Assembly: GCA_050613775.1 (NCBI GenBank)
Contig: JBODTK010000142.1
Span: 372,001 to 436,000, forward strand
Reading direction: 5' to 3'
DNA: 64,000 bases
Source: Neocallimastix sp. 'constans'
Lineage: Eukaryota
The first letter of the stretch is position 1, and every line of letters begins with the position of its first letter. Below are positions 1 to 12,993 of the stretch, one piece after another. The translations under genes were made by a program, and so were the position numbers. The notes under the pieces were generated by a model. That model saw only the letters and a list, made by a program, of their open reading frames with translations, had not been told where the DNA came from and made no database searches.

Positions 1-310
1 AAAATTAAAATAATAAAATAATTATTAAGAGTTAACAAAAAAGTTATTTATTAGATAGAAGTTATTATTATTAATTTAAATAATATACTATTATTGAACT
101 ATAATATCACATTATTATATACATGATATTATTTCATTTTATTAAAAAGGTTTAATAGATTATGATTATTTATTTTATTTTATTCTATTCTATCTGTACT
201 TATATTTATATTTCTACTATTTATTTTATTTTATTTTATTTTTTTTTATTTATTGTCTTTCATATTTATTTATTTAATTCCTCTCTATTTATTAATTTGA
301 TAATTCGATA

Positions 311-348
<38 letters not shown>

Positions 349-493
349 ATAGTGTATATAATTATTAATTCCATGTATTTTATACATATTAATTTATTAG
401 GAAAAAAATTAAAACAGTAATAATAAATTATAATAAAAAAAAATAACGAAAGCAATAACGAAAACAAAAAACAACCATAACAAAATCCATAAT

Positions 494-530
<37 letters not shown>

Positions 531-558
531 CAATATATAATCATTATTATTTCTATTT

Positions 559-621
<63 letters not shown>

Positions 622-670
622 ATTTTTTATTTTTATTTAGGTATACAAATAACAAATAATTTAATTTAGT

Positions 671-1051
671 TTATTCGTGTAATTCAATGGGTAGGCCATC
701 GGGATCTTGAAAAAATGTCATTTTTTTTCCTGTAAAGGTATCAGTTCTAATGGGTTCACATTCTATTCCTTTTGTCTTTAATTCTTCAATAGTTTTTTCA
801 ATATGACTGATATGGAAGGCTAAATGTCGAAGACCACATGCTTCTGGACGTGTTGGTCTGGCTGGTGGATTCTCTTCTCCAAATATTTCAAGTTCAATAT
901 CTCCACATTTTAAATCAAGTTTCCAATCATTACGTTCTGGTCGATAGTTTTCTCTAATAATAGGAAATTCTAGTTTATTTACATAAAAGTCACGAGAAAC
1001 TTTATAGTTTGATACAATAATGGCAACATGATGAATTTTATCAAAAAGCAT
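671..1051 (-). CDS. VOC (glyoxalase/bleomycin-resistance) family protein, YaeR-like, intronless
   Basis: 126 aa ORF with IHHVAII, FYVNKL, LEIF, GLRHLAF and FFQDPDGLPIELHE. These carry the His/Glu/His/Glu metal-ligand pattern of bacterial YaeR-type VOC proteins. Confidence 0.93.
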   Translation of the reverse strand: MLFDKIHHVAIIVSNYKVSRDFYVNKLEFPIIRENYRPERNDWKLDLKCGDIELEIFGEENPPARPTRPEACGLRHLAFHISHIEKTIEELKTKGIECEPIRTDTFTGKKMTFFQDPDGLPIELHE

Positions 1052-1249
1052 TTTTTTTTTTTATTTTTATTGTTTTATTATTAGTTTTTTTATTTTAATT
1101 ATTGTTATTATTTTTTTTTTTTATTATTTTTTTTTTTTTATTTTTTTATTTTTTATATAATATATATATATTATAAAAATTAATTTATTTTTAAAAAAAT
1201 TTTTTTATATTCTTAATTTTACTAAAAGTTTTTATTTTATTTTTACTTT

Positions 1250-1288
<39 letters not shown>

Positions 1289-1315
1289 TATTTTTTAATA
1301 TATATTAAATGTATA

Positions 1316-1355
<40 letters not shown>

Positions 1356-2219
1356 TACAGTATGATAGATGCCATAAATTGATGTAATAATTAATAATTA
1401 ATAAATAAATTTATTAATTTTTATTTTATATTAAAATTTTACTTTATTAAGTAGATAAATAGAATATTTAAAAATTAAATAATACTATACAAAAATGTTT
1501 TATTAAATTTAATGTTTTTTTAATTACGAATATAATTATATTTATAACTAGTTCATATATATTTATTTTATTTATTTTATTTTTATGTTTATTATTATTA
1601 TTTTTAAATAAATAACATTAAAAAAATTTTTAATTCACAGTTCTTACTTTTTATAAATTTAAGATAATATCTACCTTGAATATTTTTTTTCCTTATAAAT
1701 TTAAATAACATATAGAAAAAGAAATTAAAATTTAAATATATATATATTATATATATAATTATTATTCATTAACCATATAAAAAAAAAAGTATTGAGATAT
1801 AAAAATTTTTTTTTGTTTTTAAAAAACTTTATAAACCAAATATATATATATATATATATATAATTTATTTAAAATATAAACTAGAAATTCATAAAAAAAT
1901 TTATCGTATCTTAAAAATTTTAATATAATAAAATTTATTTTTATTTTTTTAAAACATCAATAAATGATAAAGTATATATACTATTTATTAATATTTTTCT
2001 TTTTTTAATTAAATTTTTATTTTATTTATTAAAGAATTATTATATTACATTTAAATTAAAGCGTAAAACATAACATAAAGTTCTAGTAAAATAAGCCACA
2101 AATTTTAAATTATATATTTTAAGTATTATATATATATATAAATAAATATAAATTATACCAAGTTAAGCCTTTTTTTTTAGCACTCCTCCTAAAGCTAATA
2201 ACACTCAAAGTAAGAAATT

Positions 2220-3040
2220 AAATGATGATTTTATATTATATGAGCTGAAACAATCAGGTTTCTTATGGAATAACACTCAAAAAAAAAAAAAAAAAAAAAA
2301 AAAAAAACAATAATCAATAATATGATAATATGCCTGAAGAAAAAAAAAAAGAGTTTTAAGGTAAAAAAAAAAAAAAAGTTCAATGTATACCTTACCGTAT
2401 GTTACTCGATTTAAATATATTGTTCCTAGTAAATAAGACTTCATCACGAAAGGCGAAAGATCCAATGTGCGAAGACTGGTTTATATTTATTAAAAATATT
2501 CAAATATTCATTAATTTTAAGGGTAAACAAAAATTAGGGTTTAAAAATTTGTAAAATGAAATATAAAATTAAATGTATATATATCTTTGCAGATGATGGA
2601 GAAAGCAAAGAAACTCGTAGATCAACTATTAGTTTCATTTTTAAAATGGACGCAGGACACCAAACTTCATAGTACTCAAAATTATGGAATTGAGTCTCTG
2701 TTACTACTACCGAAAGTAAATACCATGGGATAGACGAACGGTCAAAACAATGTTTATGGTACAGAAATATCTATTAATACAGTAAAATACAAATTGCGAT
2801 TGTATAACAGTAAATGAAAAATGAAACAATAAATCCTAAATCCAGACGTATAAGCAAAAAAAAAAAAAAATCATTATATAAGGGAGCTTTTAAAGAGAGA
2901 AAAAAATAAATAAATAAATAAATAAATAAATAAAAATAATATTAAATTATATATAAAATTTGAAAATAATTTAACCGATGGTTTCACAAAATATCTAAAT
3001 ACAAATTTAATAAATAAATTTAGAAATTCTATCCTTAAAT
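2220..3040 (+). mobile_element. Degenerate Ty1/copia retrotransposon fragment (RT to RNase H)
   Basis: Hand translation gives LYELKQSG (copia LYGLKQS) near 2236, ETRRSTISFIFK...VSVTTTESKY...KQCLWYRN at 2610-2770, and NNLTDGFTKYLN (copia ADxFTK) near 2965. It has stops, frameshifts and poly(A) interruptions. Confidence 0.85.
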
Positions 3041-3149
3041 AAATTCAAGCTTGCCTTTCATTACTTTTATTGTTTTTTTTTTTTTTTTTCTCTTTATTTT
3101 TGTTATTTATATTAACAATCTTTAGCATATAAAGCATTTCTTTTTTTTG

Positions 3150-3275
3150 TTTGTTTTCTTCTTGTACTTATCCTTTGAAATTTTACTCTTTAATAACTGA
3201 GACAGAGTTTTATATTATTTGGTTACTTCTTGTTCTTTTATCTTAATTCCTTCAGATATTTAAGATGTGGAATAG

Positions 3276-3313
<38 letters not shown>

Positions 3314-3626
3314 ATTCGGTAGATTTATTCCATTTACCTTCATATGAGATTATATTAGTTTTTAATTATTTTTTCATATGGGGAGAGCTTTATATCAATA
3401 ATTATACTTCTTTTCGTATACTATTTCTTCCCCTAAACTCTTCAATTCATTAAATACATTATTTAAATTCGATGAAAACAGAGCGATATCGTTATCTTAA
3501 TTGTTCTTCTTTTCTTCCAGTTGATTTTTTTTAAGTTTAATTTTTCTTCTTCTTCTTTTTTTTTTTTTTTCTTTTTTTTCATCATATATAGTAGTTATAC
3601 ATAATCAGAGCATCAGATTTTATCAT

Positions 3627-3668
<42 letters not shown>

Positions 3669-3882
3669 TACGTCCTTTACGTAATACAAATTATCCTTTC
3701 CTTTCAACTTTTATATAATTCTTCAACTCTTCTTTGGCTATCTTTGATTTTTCCACAAATTTTATTTTTTTTTCATATACATAACCATCAAATTCTCTGA
3801 TGGTTAATAGAAGATCCAGTCCTGTTGACCGTAATCTACAATTATTTGCCATTAATAAATCTTTCGTAATATTTTTTGTCAT
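3150..3882 (-). mobile_element. Degenerate copia-type gag (UBN2-like) fragment
   Basis: ORF 3691-3942 (LDLLLTIREFDGYV) continues through stops into DIALFSSNLNNVFNELKSLGEEIVYEKKYNY*YKALP, which resembles the copia gag core. Confidence 0.6.
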
Positions 3883-4587
3883 TCTAATATAATATATAAT
3901 ATTATTATGTTTTATATGCATACTGTTTAACTGTAAAAACATTAAGTCAAAAAGACTCTTAATCTATTAATATTTTTCTTTTTTAATAAACTTTTATTTT
4001 ATTTTATTTAGTAAAGAAGCATTTTTGATTACATGCATTATTTTTATTTTATAAATTAACATTTTTATTAAATTAGAACATAAAACTTTATATAAAATTC
4101 TAGTAAAATAAACCATAGATTTTACTTTGTATAATTTTTTTTTTTCAATTAGAATAAAAAATTAATTAGTTTTAATTAAAAAAAAAAATAAATTATAAAT
4201 TATATTTAGTTGAACTTTATTAATTTTAATATAAATATTTAATTAATTATTTTTATTATTTATTTATATATTTAATAAAGTTAAAAAAAAAAAAAAAAAA
4301 AAAAAAATTCAATTTTTTTTTCATCTCTATATATATAAATAATAACTTATTTTTTCATTATAATGAAATCTAATTTTTTCAAATTACATAGTTAAAGTTT
4401 TTTTTTTTTTTTTTTTTAATATATAATTTTATTAAAGTTTTAATTTTTTTTTTTAAATATTAATAAATATTAATATCATAATTATATATTAAATTAAATG
4501 TATTTTAATTATTTTAATTTTATTGATATAAATAAATTACATAGTCTTTGTATTTTTTTCAATTCTTAATAGTCGAAATATTATATT

Positions 4588-4624
4588 ATAATTTAAGGAT
4601 TATTATTATAAATTAAGATTTTAT

Positions 4625-4656
<32 letters not shown>

Positions 4657-6631
4657 TTTTATTTTTTTTTTAAATTTAAATAAAATTAAAACTTATTTTT
4701 TATGACTAATTAAATATAATTCTTTAATTATTTGTTTATAATAATATGTATTTATGATAATTAATTATTTATAATATATATTATCATTGTATAAAAATTT
4801 TGAATTTACTTTTTAATTATGTATATATATATATTTCAATGTAATAAAATTTTGAATTTACTATTACAATATAAATAAACTATTAAGATAATAAGATGAA
4901 ACTATTTATTGAAGAGTTAGAGAAAAATAAATAAATCATATATTGTTTAAATTTTTCTTTTTTTAAATAAAATAGAACAATAGCAAAATATTGGATTTTC
5001 TTTAAGATGTAAATAATATATAAAAGATAATAAGATAATGCTATTTATATATAGAGATGAAAAAAAAAAAAAAAGATTTTTTATTTTAATAAGAACTTCT
5101 TAAATTTTTTCAAAATTTTGAATATACTTCATAATTAAGATGTAAATAAAAAATAAAATTCTTGTTTATTCTAAAAATAAATAAATAAATAAATAAATAT
5201 ATATATATATATAATTTTTATTTATTTTTTTTATTAAGGACTTTTGAAATATAAATATAAGTATATATATATATTATAATATTATTATTTGAGGATTATT
5301 ATTATATATTAAGATAATATCATTTAATATAATAAAATATTTAAAAATATTTATATTATTTCATTTTAATAAAAATTAGTAAATCTTTATCAGATTTTAG
5401 TTTTTATTATTTTTTAAAATATAATTTAATTAAAAAATTTTTTTTTAAAAATTAATAAATAAATAAGATAATACGATAATACATATATATAAAAAGGAAT
5501 TATTAATTAATTTTATTTAGTAGAAACTTTTGAAATGTTCTAATTTGAAGACATTATAATTATAATATTCTAATTTGAAAACATTATAAGTATAATATTC
5601 TAATTTGAAGACATTATAATTATAAATTAAGATAATATCTTAAACAAATATAAATATAAATATATATATATATATTATAAAATATTATATTTTGAGGATG
5701 AAAATAAATAACTCATTTTAGTAAATTTTAAAATTTAAATTTTTTTTTTTTACCAGAATAATAAAAGGTTATAAATAAATTATTACGATTTAATACTATT
5801 TTTATAGATAATTTGAGGATTTTTTTATTATAAATTAAGATGATATCTCTATTTTTATAGATAATTTGAGGATTTTTTTATTATAAATTAAGATGATATA
5901 TTTTTATAGATAATTTGAGGATTTTTTTATAATAAATTAAGATGATATAGCTATTTTTATAGATAATTTGTAGATTTTTATATTATAAATAAAGACAATA
6001 TCTATTATTATATATTTTTATTTATAATGAATTAAATATATTTTAATATGCTTTTTATATTAACATTTGTTTATCACCAAAAAAAATATTAGGATAAAAA
6101 AAAACTATTATGATAATGCTATTTATATAGAAAGATAAAAATTTTTAATAATAAATTAATTTGTAATAAAAATTTTATAATTATTCTAGATTTTTTTTTA
6201 ATATTCATAAATTATTATTATTATTTTTTTCTTTAAATATTTATTAAAAAATAAAATAAAATAAAATAAAAACTCTTTTAAATTATTTTATTTATAAATT
6301 ATAATAATAAATTAATAAAAGACTACTATTTATTATTGAAATTAAAATACAAAAAGAAAAAAATTCTTAGTTTTTTTTTCCAAAAAGAACTTTTAAAATA
6401 TTATAATTTGAGATTTTTATTATAATTTAAGATGATATTTTAACAAATATTTTTTTTTATATAAAATATTATAATATGATTATTATTAAAAAAAAGGTAA
6501 TGTCTACAACAAATAATTTTTTTATGATGAATTAAATATATTTTAATACTTTTTATATATTATATTTGGTTATATATCTCAAAAAAATATTAGGATTATT
6601 ATTATAAATTAAGATATTGTTTATAAAAAAT

Positions 6632-6671
<40 letters not shown>

Positions 6672-6970
6672 AATAGAATTAAATTTTATTTTTATGACTA
6701 ATTTAATATTTTATAATTGTTTACTTACTGATATAATATATTGTAGTAAAATTTTGAATTTACTTTTAAAAAAAAAAAACTTTTTCATCAAAAAAATCAT
6801 GTTCATCAAAAAAAAAAAAAAAAAAAAAAATAAAGATATAAATAAAATAATTAATTAATATAATTAAGATAATATTAATTATTGTAGAGATAAAAATGCA
6901 ATTATACAATACAATATGAATTTTTGAAATATTTTAATTCGCCGATTTCATAAATTTAGGATATATCTAC
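4588..6970. repeat. Decayed AT-rich higher-order satellite array
   Basis: Motif ataatttgaggatt(a/t)ttattataaattaagat recurs at about 4588, 5285, 5808-5995 (4 tandem copies of about 50 bp), 6404 and 6590. There are three 30-bp tandem units at 5538-5635 and larger duplicated blocks (4660-4815 vs 6660-6768; 6026-6094 vs 6527-6595). Confidence 0.75.
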
Positions 6971-7051
6971 AACAAATATTTATTTTATAAATATAAATTA
7001 AATATAAATTACTTTTAATCACAAATTAAATATAGAGTATAATTAAATTCA

Positions 7052-7180
7052 AATTTATTTAAAAACTGTTTCACATTTCAAAAGACAAGACAGTAAAATA
7101 AAAATATGAATTATCTTAGAACTAAATTGAATTTTTTATTTATCCTCTCTTAAAATTGTGAAACAATTTTTAAATAAATT
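7052..7180. repeat. Inverted repeat / MITE-like foldback with 24-bp arms
   Basis: aatttatttaaaaactgtttcaca (7052-7075) is the reverse complement of tgtgaaacaatttttaaataaatt (7157-7180) with one mismatch. Confidence 0.7.
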
Positions 7181-7992
7181 AAAGTTTAACATAAAAAGGA
7201 TTTAAATCGAGAATTTTTTTTTTATTTAAAATATATAGTAAAACTTTAAAAAAAAAGAATTTATTAAAATTTTATTTTCTCATAGATTTAAGATGAATAA
7301 ATTCTTTTGTTGCCAATTAAAAATATGACAATCTTATTTATATATATATATATATTTTTATAAAATAAATATATTTATAATATTTATAAAATAAAATAAA
7401 GTTTTTTTTAACAAAAGAAATTCTTGTATTAAAAATAAAATAAAATAAAAAATAATTATAAATATGAAATAATATAATAGCAATAACAATTATAATTAAT
7501 ATGTTTCGTTTTCTTAATTTTATTTTAATAATATGTATATTATAATTTTATTAGGAAATAGCTAATAATACCTAAAAGTATATTTATTATTATATAGAAG
7601 AAATTGACATATCATAAATATTTAATTATAAATGACTTTCCATTATATTATAAAGAAATAATTAAATAATATTAATATGTAAATTATAAAAATTTTCTAT
7701 TTTTAAAAAAGTTAATATTGTATAAATATCATCGAGAAAAAACTTTAAACTATGTAATTTTTATTTATAAATTTTTTATTATTATTATTATTGAAATAAT
7801 TATATTGTTTTACATTTATTACCAGTATATTATTATTTTTAATAACCTATTTATATAATAATAATTCAAATATTTATTAATTAAATATTGTGATATTCAA
7901 AAACAAAAAAAAAAAAAAAAAAAAGGTGACAATATAGATAATTGAATTAGATATAAATGCTAAGACTTTATTATTTGTAGGTTTTGTAGTTT

Positions 7993-8286
7993 TGTTGGAA
8001 TAATAATATACAAAAAATAAATATTTTCTATTTTTAAATTTTGTTGGAATAATAATATACAAAAAATAAATATTTTCTATTTTTAAATTTTGTTGGAATA
8101 AATAATATACAAAATATAAATATTTTCTATTTTTAAATTTTGTTGGAATAAATAATATACAAAATATAAATATTTTCTATTTTTAAATTTTGTTGGAATA
8201 AATAATATACAAAATATAAATATTTTCTATTTTTAAATTTTGTTGGAATAATAATATACAAAAAAAATCTTTTTTCTATTTTTAAA
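7993..8286. repeat. Tandem minisatellite, 49-50 bp unit, about 6 copies
   Basis: Unit tgttggaata(a)ataatatacaaaa(a/t)ataaatattttctatttttaaattt is repeated head-to-tail with no unique spacers. Confidence 0.95.
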
Positions 8287-10311
8287 AAAGTTTTAATTTT
8301 ATAGTAGAGATAAAATAGTTAAATAAATAACATTTTTATTATTTTAAATTAATGTTACGTTACATTAATATAATTTATAATGAATAAATTTATAATAAAT
8401 TTTATATTATTTAAGATTTAATTATCTAAAAAAAAATAGTTTGTAGTAATATATTATTTTAATTTCATTTTTTTTTTTTTTTTTTTTTTTAATCGTATTA
8501 ATCTAAAAAAAGAATCACTAAATTTATGATTTTTAGGATTATTTTTAGATTTCAGCTAATATTGTTTAAAATAGAATATTTTTTGAATAATTTTTAAGTA
8601 ACGAATTATATTTTTATATAGTTAATCATTATAAATTTATTCAAATCATATTATAATTATATTAAAAATATTTATTACAACAGACTTTAAAGTTTAGGCA
8701 TGATTTCCTAATAACATAACAAGAAATGAAGTACTATTTTTAACTGTTAATATAAGGTACTATATATATAGTATATTTTACTTTTAGTAATAAAATTTTC
8801 ATATGAAATTACTATTTTTAATAAATAATAATGATAATAGTTTTAATAATAATAATAATAATTATAATAATAATTATAATGATTATAATATTATAATATT
8901 AATATTATATTTATAATAATGATAATAATTATAATAATAATAATTATAATATTATAATGATAATAATGATAATAATGATAATAATTATAATAATAATAAT
9001 TATAATGATAATAATGATAATATTAATTATAATAATAATAATTATAATAATTTAATAATAATTCGTGTTATAAATTCAGTAAATTCATAATATATTTATT
9101 TTTATGTCTTTTAATTTAAATAAATATATTATTAACTAGAATATTATACATTCATATTTTAATTTTGGGTTGCATGTTATTCTTCATTTATATTAATAAA
9201 GCTTAAAACACATTTTTATATATTTTTGTTCAAAAAATTTCAAACAAGAAATAAATTTTTACATAAAAAAAATATTAAAATTTAGTAATATGAATTTTAA
9301 AGTTTTATTAAATAAATTATTTATTAAGATTTATTTAAATTCAATATAAGATCATAATCATAATTATATAATAAATGCTAATCGAATCATATAATGTTAC
9401 ATTTAAAGATTATTATAATAATCTTTTATATACTAACATTTAAGTTACCATAAATAAACCAAATAAATAAATAAGTAAATAATTTATTTATTTATCTTAA
9501 AATAACTTTTTTATTTAATTTATTTTCTAATTTTTCATAAAATTATTTTTAAATATATATATATATATATTTTTTTTCTTGGTTTTCATAAATTTATTTT
9601 TAAAATATATTTTAATTTATGTTCTAGTTTTTCATAAAATTATTTCAATATATATATATATATACATTTTTTTTTTTTTTTCTAGTTTTCATAAAATTAT
9701 TTTTAAAATATATTTTAATATATTAAAAATTAAAAATATCATAAATAATATAATTAAAATTTTATTAATTATTTAGGTTACTTTAAATAAAATGATTATA
9801 ATATAAAGATTATTCCTTAGAAATATCAAAAAGTTTAATCTTAAATATTATAAATTTAAATTTATATACAAATATAATATAATTAATAAATAATTATTTT
9901 TATTTCCATTTAATATGTTTAAAAAAAAGTATAAATATGATAAATTTTCTTTTTCGCTTTTGGTAAATATTTGAAGTTTTATTAAATTTTATCGTAATTA
10001 GAAATAATTATTATACTATAGAATTTATACAAATAAGTATATGCATAATTAAAGCAAATTCAGATATAGAAAATATTTAATTATTATTAGATATTTTTTC
10101 AAAAAAAAAAAAAAAAAAAAAAGAAAATATGAGTTGAAAACTTTAAAAATTATAAATTCGAATTTTTTATTTATACAATATTTTAAAATAATTTAAATAC
10201 AATAATAATACAAAATTGAAATTGAAGTATATAGTTATTTTTTAATTTTAGAATTAAAAGATTCATAATAAATATAAAAATATTTTAATAAAAAAGAAAA
10301 CATTAATAAAA

Positions 10312-11253
10312 ATGCCAGTCACAGATATGAGCTCAGAAATAGAATCTGAAATCCCTTTTGATGATGATCTTCCAAAGGTTGATGGAAGAAGAAGACTTTC
10401 TTTTAAGAAAAGCTTCTTTGTATGGACTACACAAAAGCAAATTGCAAATAAGAATAAATTTATATTTGATTCAAATCCTATGATTCATTCATTAACTGGT
10501 AAAAATAGTCATCATGAAAGCTATATAATAAAATCATCAAAATATGAAACTTCACTTTCTTCACTTAATTATGATGAAAGTGACAATGAATTTACAAGTG
10601 AAAGTGATTTTAACATTATGGGGGAAGATGAAAAGAAGGATTACTATTCCATGGAAGAATTGAATAACACTACTCAAATAAAAAACAATTACTCAAAAGT
10701 AAGAAAAGTTCCTCAACTTTCAGAGAATACTTTATGCTACTCTTCAAATACTAATACCATAAATACAGTAAATACAATATCATCAGAATTCAATCCAAAA
10801 ACAAGACTTATTTCTGCCAATGATATAAAAAATGGATTAGATGGAGACATTTTAAATATTTACAAAAATAGAAGTAAGAGTAATGACAACATCAATGAAA
10901 TTAATATTGAAAGGAATGAAGATATAATTGTAGAAAATACTACAGAAAATATTATTGAAAACAATAGGGAGAATATTGAAAATGTGGATGGTAAGAATAT
11001 TGAAAATATAGAAAATATCTATATTTCTGATGACGAGGAAAGTGACGAATACAATAAAGGAGATAATGTAAAAAAGGGAATTAAATATAAAGGTAGTTCT
11101 AGTTCTTCATCACTTACTAAAAATAATAAGAAAACTAATAAGAAAACTGTTACATTTTGTGATAATGTAACAATAATTGAATCTTCTAAACCATTAAAAT
11201 CCACAAATATATTTATAAGAATCATATCAAAAATAATAAGAAGAAAACAGTAA
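10312..11253 (+). CDS. Hypothetical low-complexity (Asn/Ser/Glu-rich) protein with a C-terminal RVxF-like motif
   Basis: Uninterrupted 313 aa ORF with GC above the flanks and an A-rich start context. No recognisable domain; KKTVTF lies near the C-terminus. Confidence 0.75.
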   Translation: MPVTDMSSEIESEIPFDDDLPKVDGRRRLSFKKSFFVWTTQKQIANKNKFIFDSNPMIHSLTGKNSHHESYIIKSSKYETSLSSLNYDESDNEFTSESDFNIMGEDEKKDYYSMEELNNTTQIKNNYSKVRKVPQLSENTLCYSSNTNTINTVNTISSEFNPKTRLISANDIKNGLDGDILNIYKNRSKSNDNINEINIERNEDIIVENTTENIIENNRENIENVDGKNIENIENIYISDDEESDEYNKGDNVKKGIKYKGSSSSSSLTKNNKKTNKKTVTFCDNVTIIESSKPLKSTNIFIRIISKIIRRKQ

Positions 11254-12993
11254 AAATATAATTTTATTCTTATAAAAAGTAGCCCTTATAGTAGGAAAGA
11301 TAGGAATTCAAGATTTGATCATACTATCAAAAAAATATATTAAGTATTTATTTTATAATTGAATTAAAAGAAATATATATGCAATCAATAAAACTGTATT
11401 TGTAATTCACTGAAAATGTAGAATGAATGGAATATATATATATTTATATTTACACTTAAATATATGAATTGAAAATAAAAAGGATCAAAAATTTTTTTTA
11501 ATAGGATAAGATTATTATCTAAATTATTTAGATAATATTAAAATTTAATTAAATATTAGAAAAAATAATATAAAAATAAAGCTTAAAATGTTTATATATA
11601 TATATATATTATAGTCTTAATATTAATATGGAAAGCATATAAATATAAGTATATTAAAATAAAAAAAAAATTAATCTTTTAAGTTTTGCTAGTAATAAAT
11701 AAATATTAATAAATATACTGTTTATATTTATAATATTTATATCTATGTATATAAATATTTAAATATAAAGAAATAAAAAATATATATATAAATATTTATA
11801 TTTATGGATATAAATATTTATATATAAAGGAAATAAAAATAAAATAAAAATAATTATTGAATATTAATGATTAATAGAATATTAAATTTTTTTTTTTTTT
11901 TTTTTAAATTATAAAAATATTATTAATAATATGCTAATCATAAAGAAAAATGAGTAATAAATGAAAATATTAAAATATTTAATAATAATTTTATTAATAT
12001 TAATAGTAAATAATACTATTATAATAATTAAATGAATTTACTATTTTTAAATTTAATACATGGAAAAAAGATTATTATTAACATTATCCAATAATAATAG
12101 TTTTATATATACATATATTAATTTTTATTATTAATATTCATGTAAAGAAAATTAATTGTTAAAAATTAGTCAAAAAAAAATTTTTTTTCAACATAGCAGA
12201 AATAAGCAAATTACAAAAAAAAAAATATTATATTAATATTCATAATAATTTATGATAATAATTTTTATAATAAATTATTATGAATGTTAATAAACATACT
12301 AAATACTAAGATAAATATTAGTATCTTAGTAAATGTTAAGATAAATATTTATATAAATATATAAATATTAATTAATAAATGAATGAATGAATGAATATCA
12401 TGTAAAAACAAGTATTTATTATATTTAAAAATAAAATAAATATATATATATATATAACTAATATAATCATTAAATATATTTTATGAAATAAATATTAAAT
12501 ATATAATATAATACTTATATAATGAAAATTTTAAACCTTCAATTTATTTAATATGGTTTATTTTATACATATTAAACATCAATTTAGTGTTAAATTCATG
12601 TGAATTGTTTTCTTTTTATAAATATAATAAGTTAATTTAATAAATAAATTATTTTCTTTTATAAATATAGTATGTATGTTAGTTTAATAAATAAAATAAA
12701 ATAATAATAATAATATTTTTTTTTTTTTTTATTTTATTTTATTTTATTTTATTTTATTTTATTTTATTTTATTTTTCTATTATTTTTATTATATTTTTAT
12801 ATTTTATTTTATTTTTTATTTTTTATTTTTATTTATTTTTATTTATTTATTTATTTATTTATTTTTTATTTTCTATTATTATCTTTTATTTTGTTTTTAT
12901 TGAATAATAATAGATATATTATTATTATAAATGATGAATAATTGAATAATTAAAATGAAAATAAATATATTTAATTTATATATCTATTATTAA

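Noticed and set aside
162..533. Short F/I/Y/K-rich ORFs (also 7877, 9579, 36435, 44972-45330, 52384, 55008, 58092)
   Set aside because: Translations of homopolymer and microsatellite DNA with no coding signal.
5538..5995. Possible CRISPR or iteron array
   Set aside because: Tandem AT-rich units without distinct spacers; part of a satellite.
7993..8286. Possible CRISPR array
   Set aside because: Units are contiguous and near-identical with no unique spacers, no cas genes, and a eukaryotic context.
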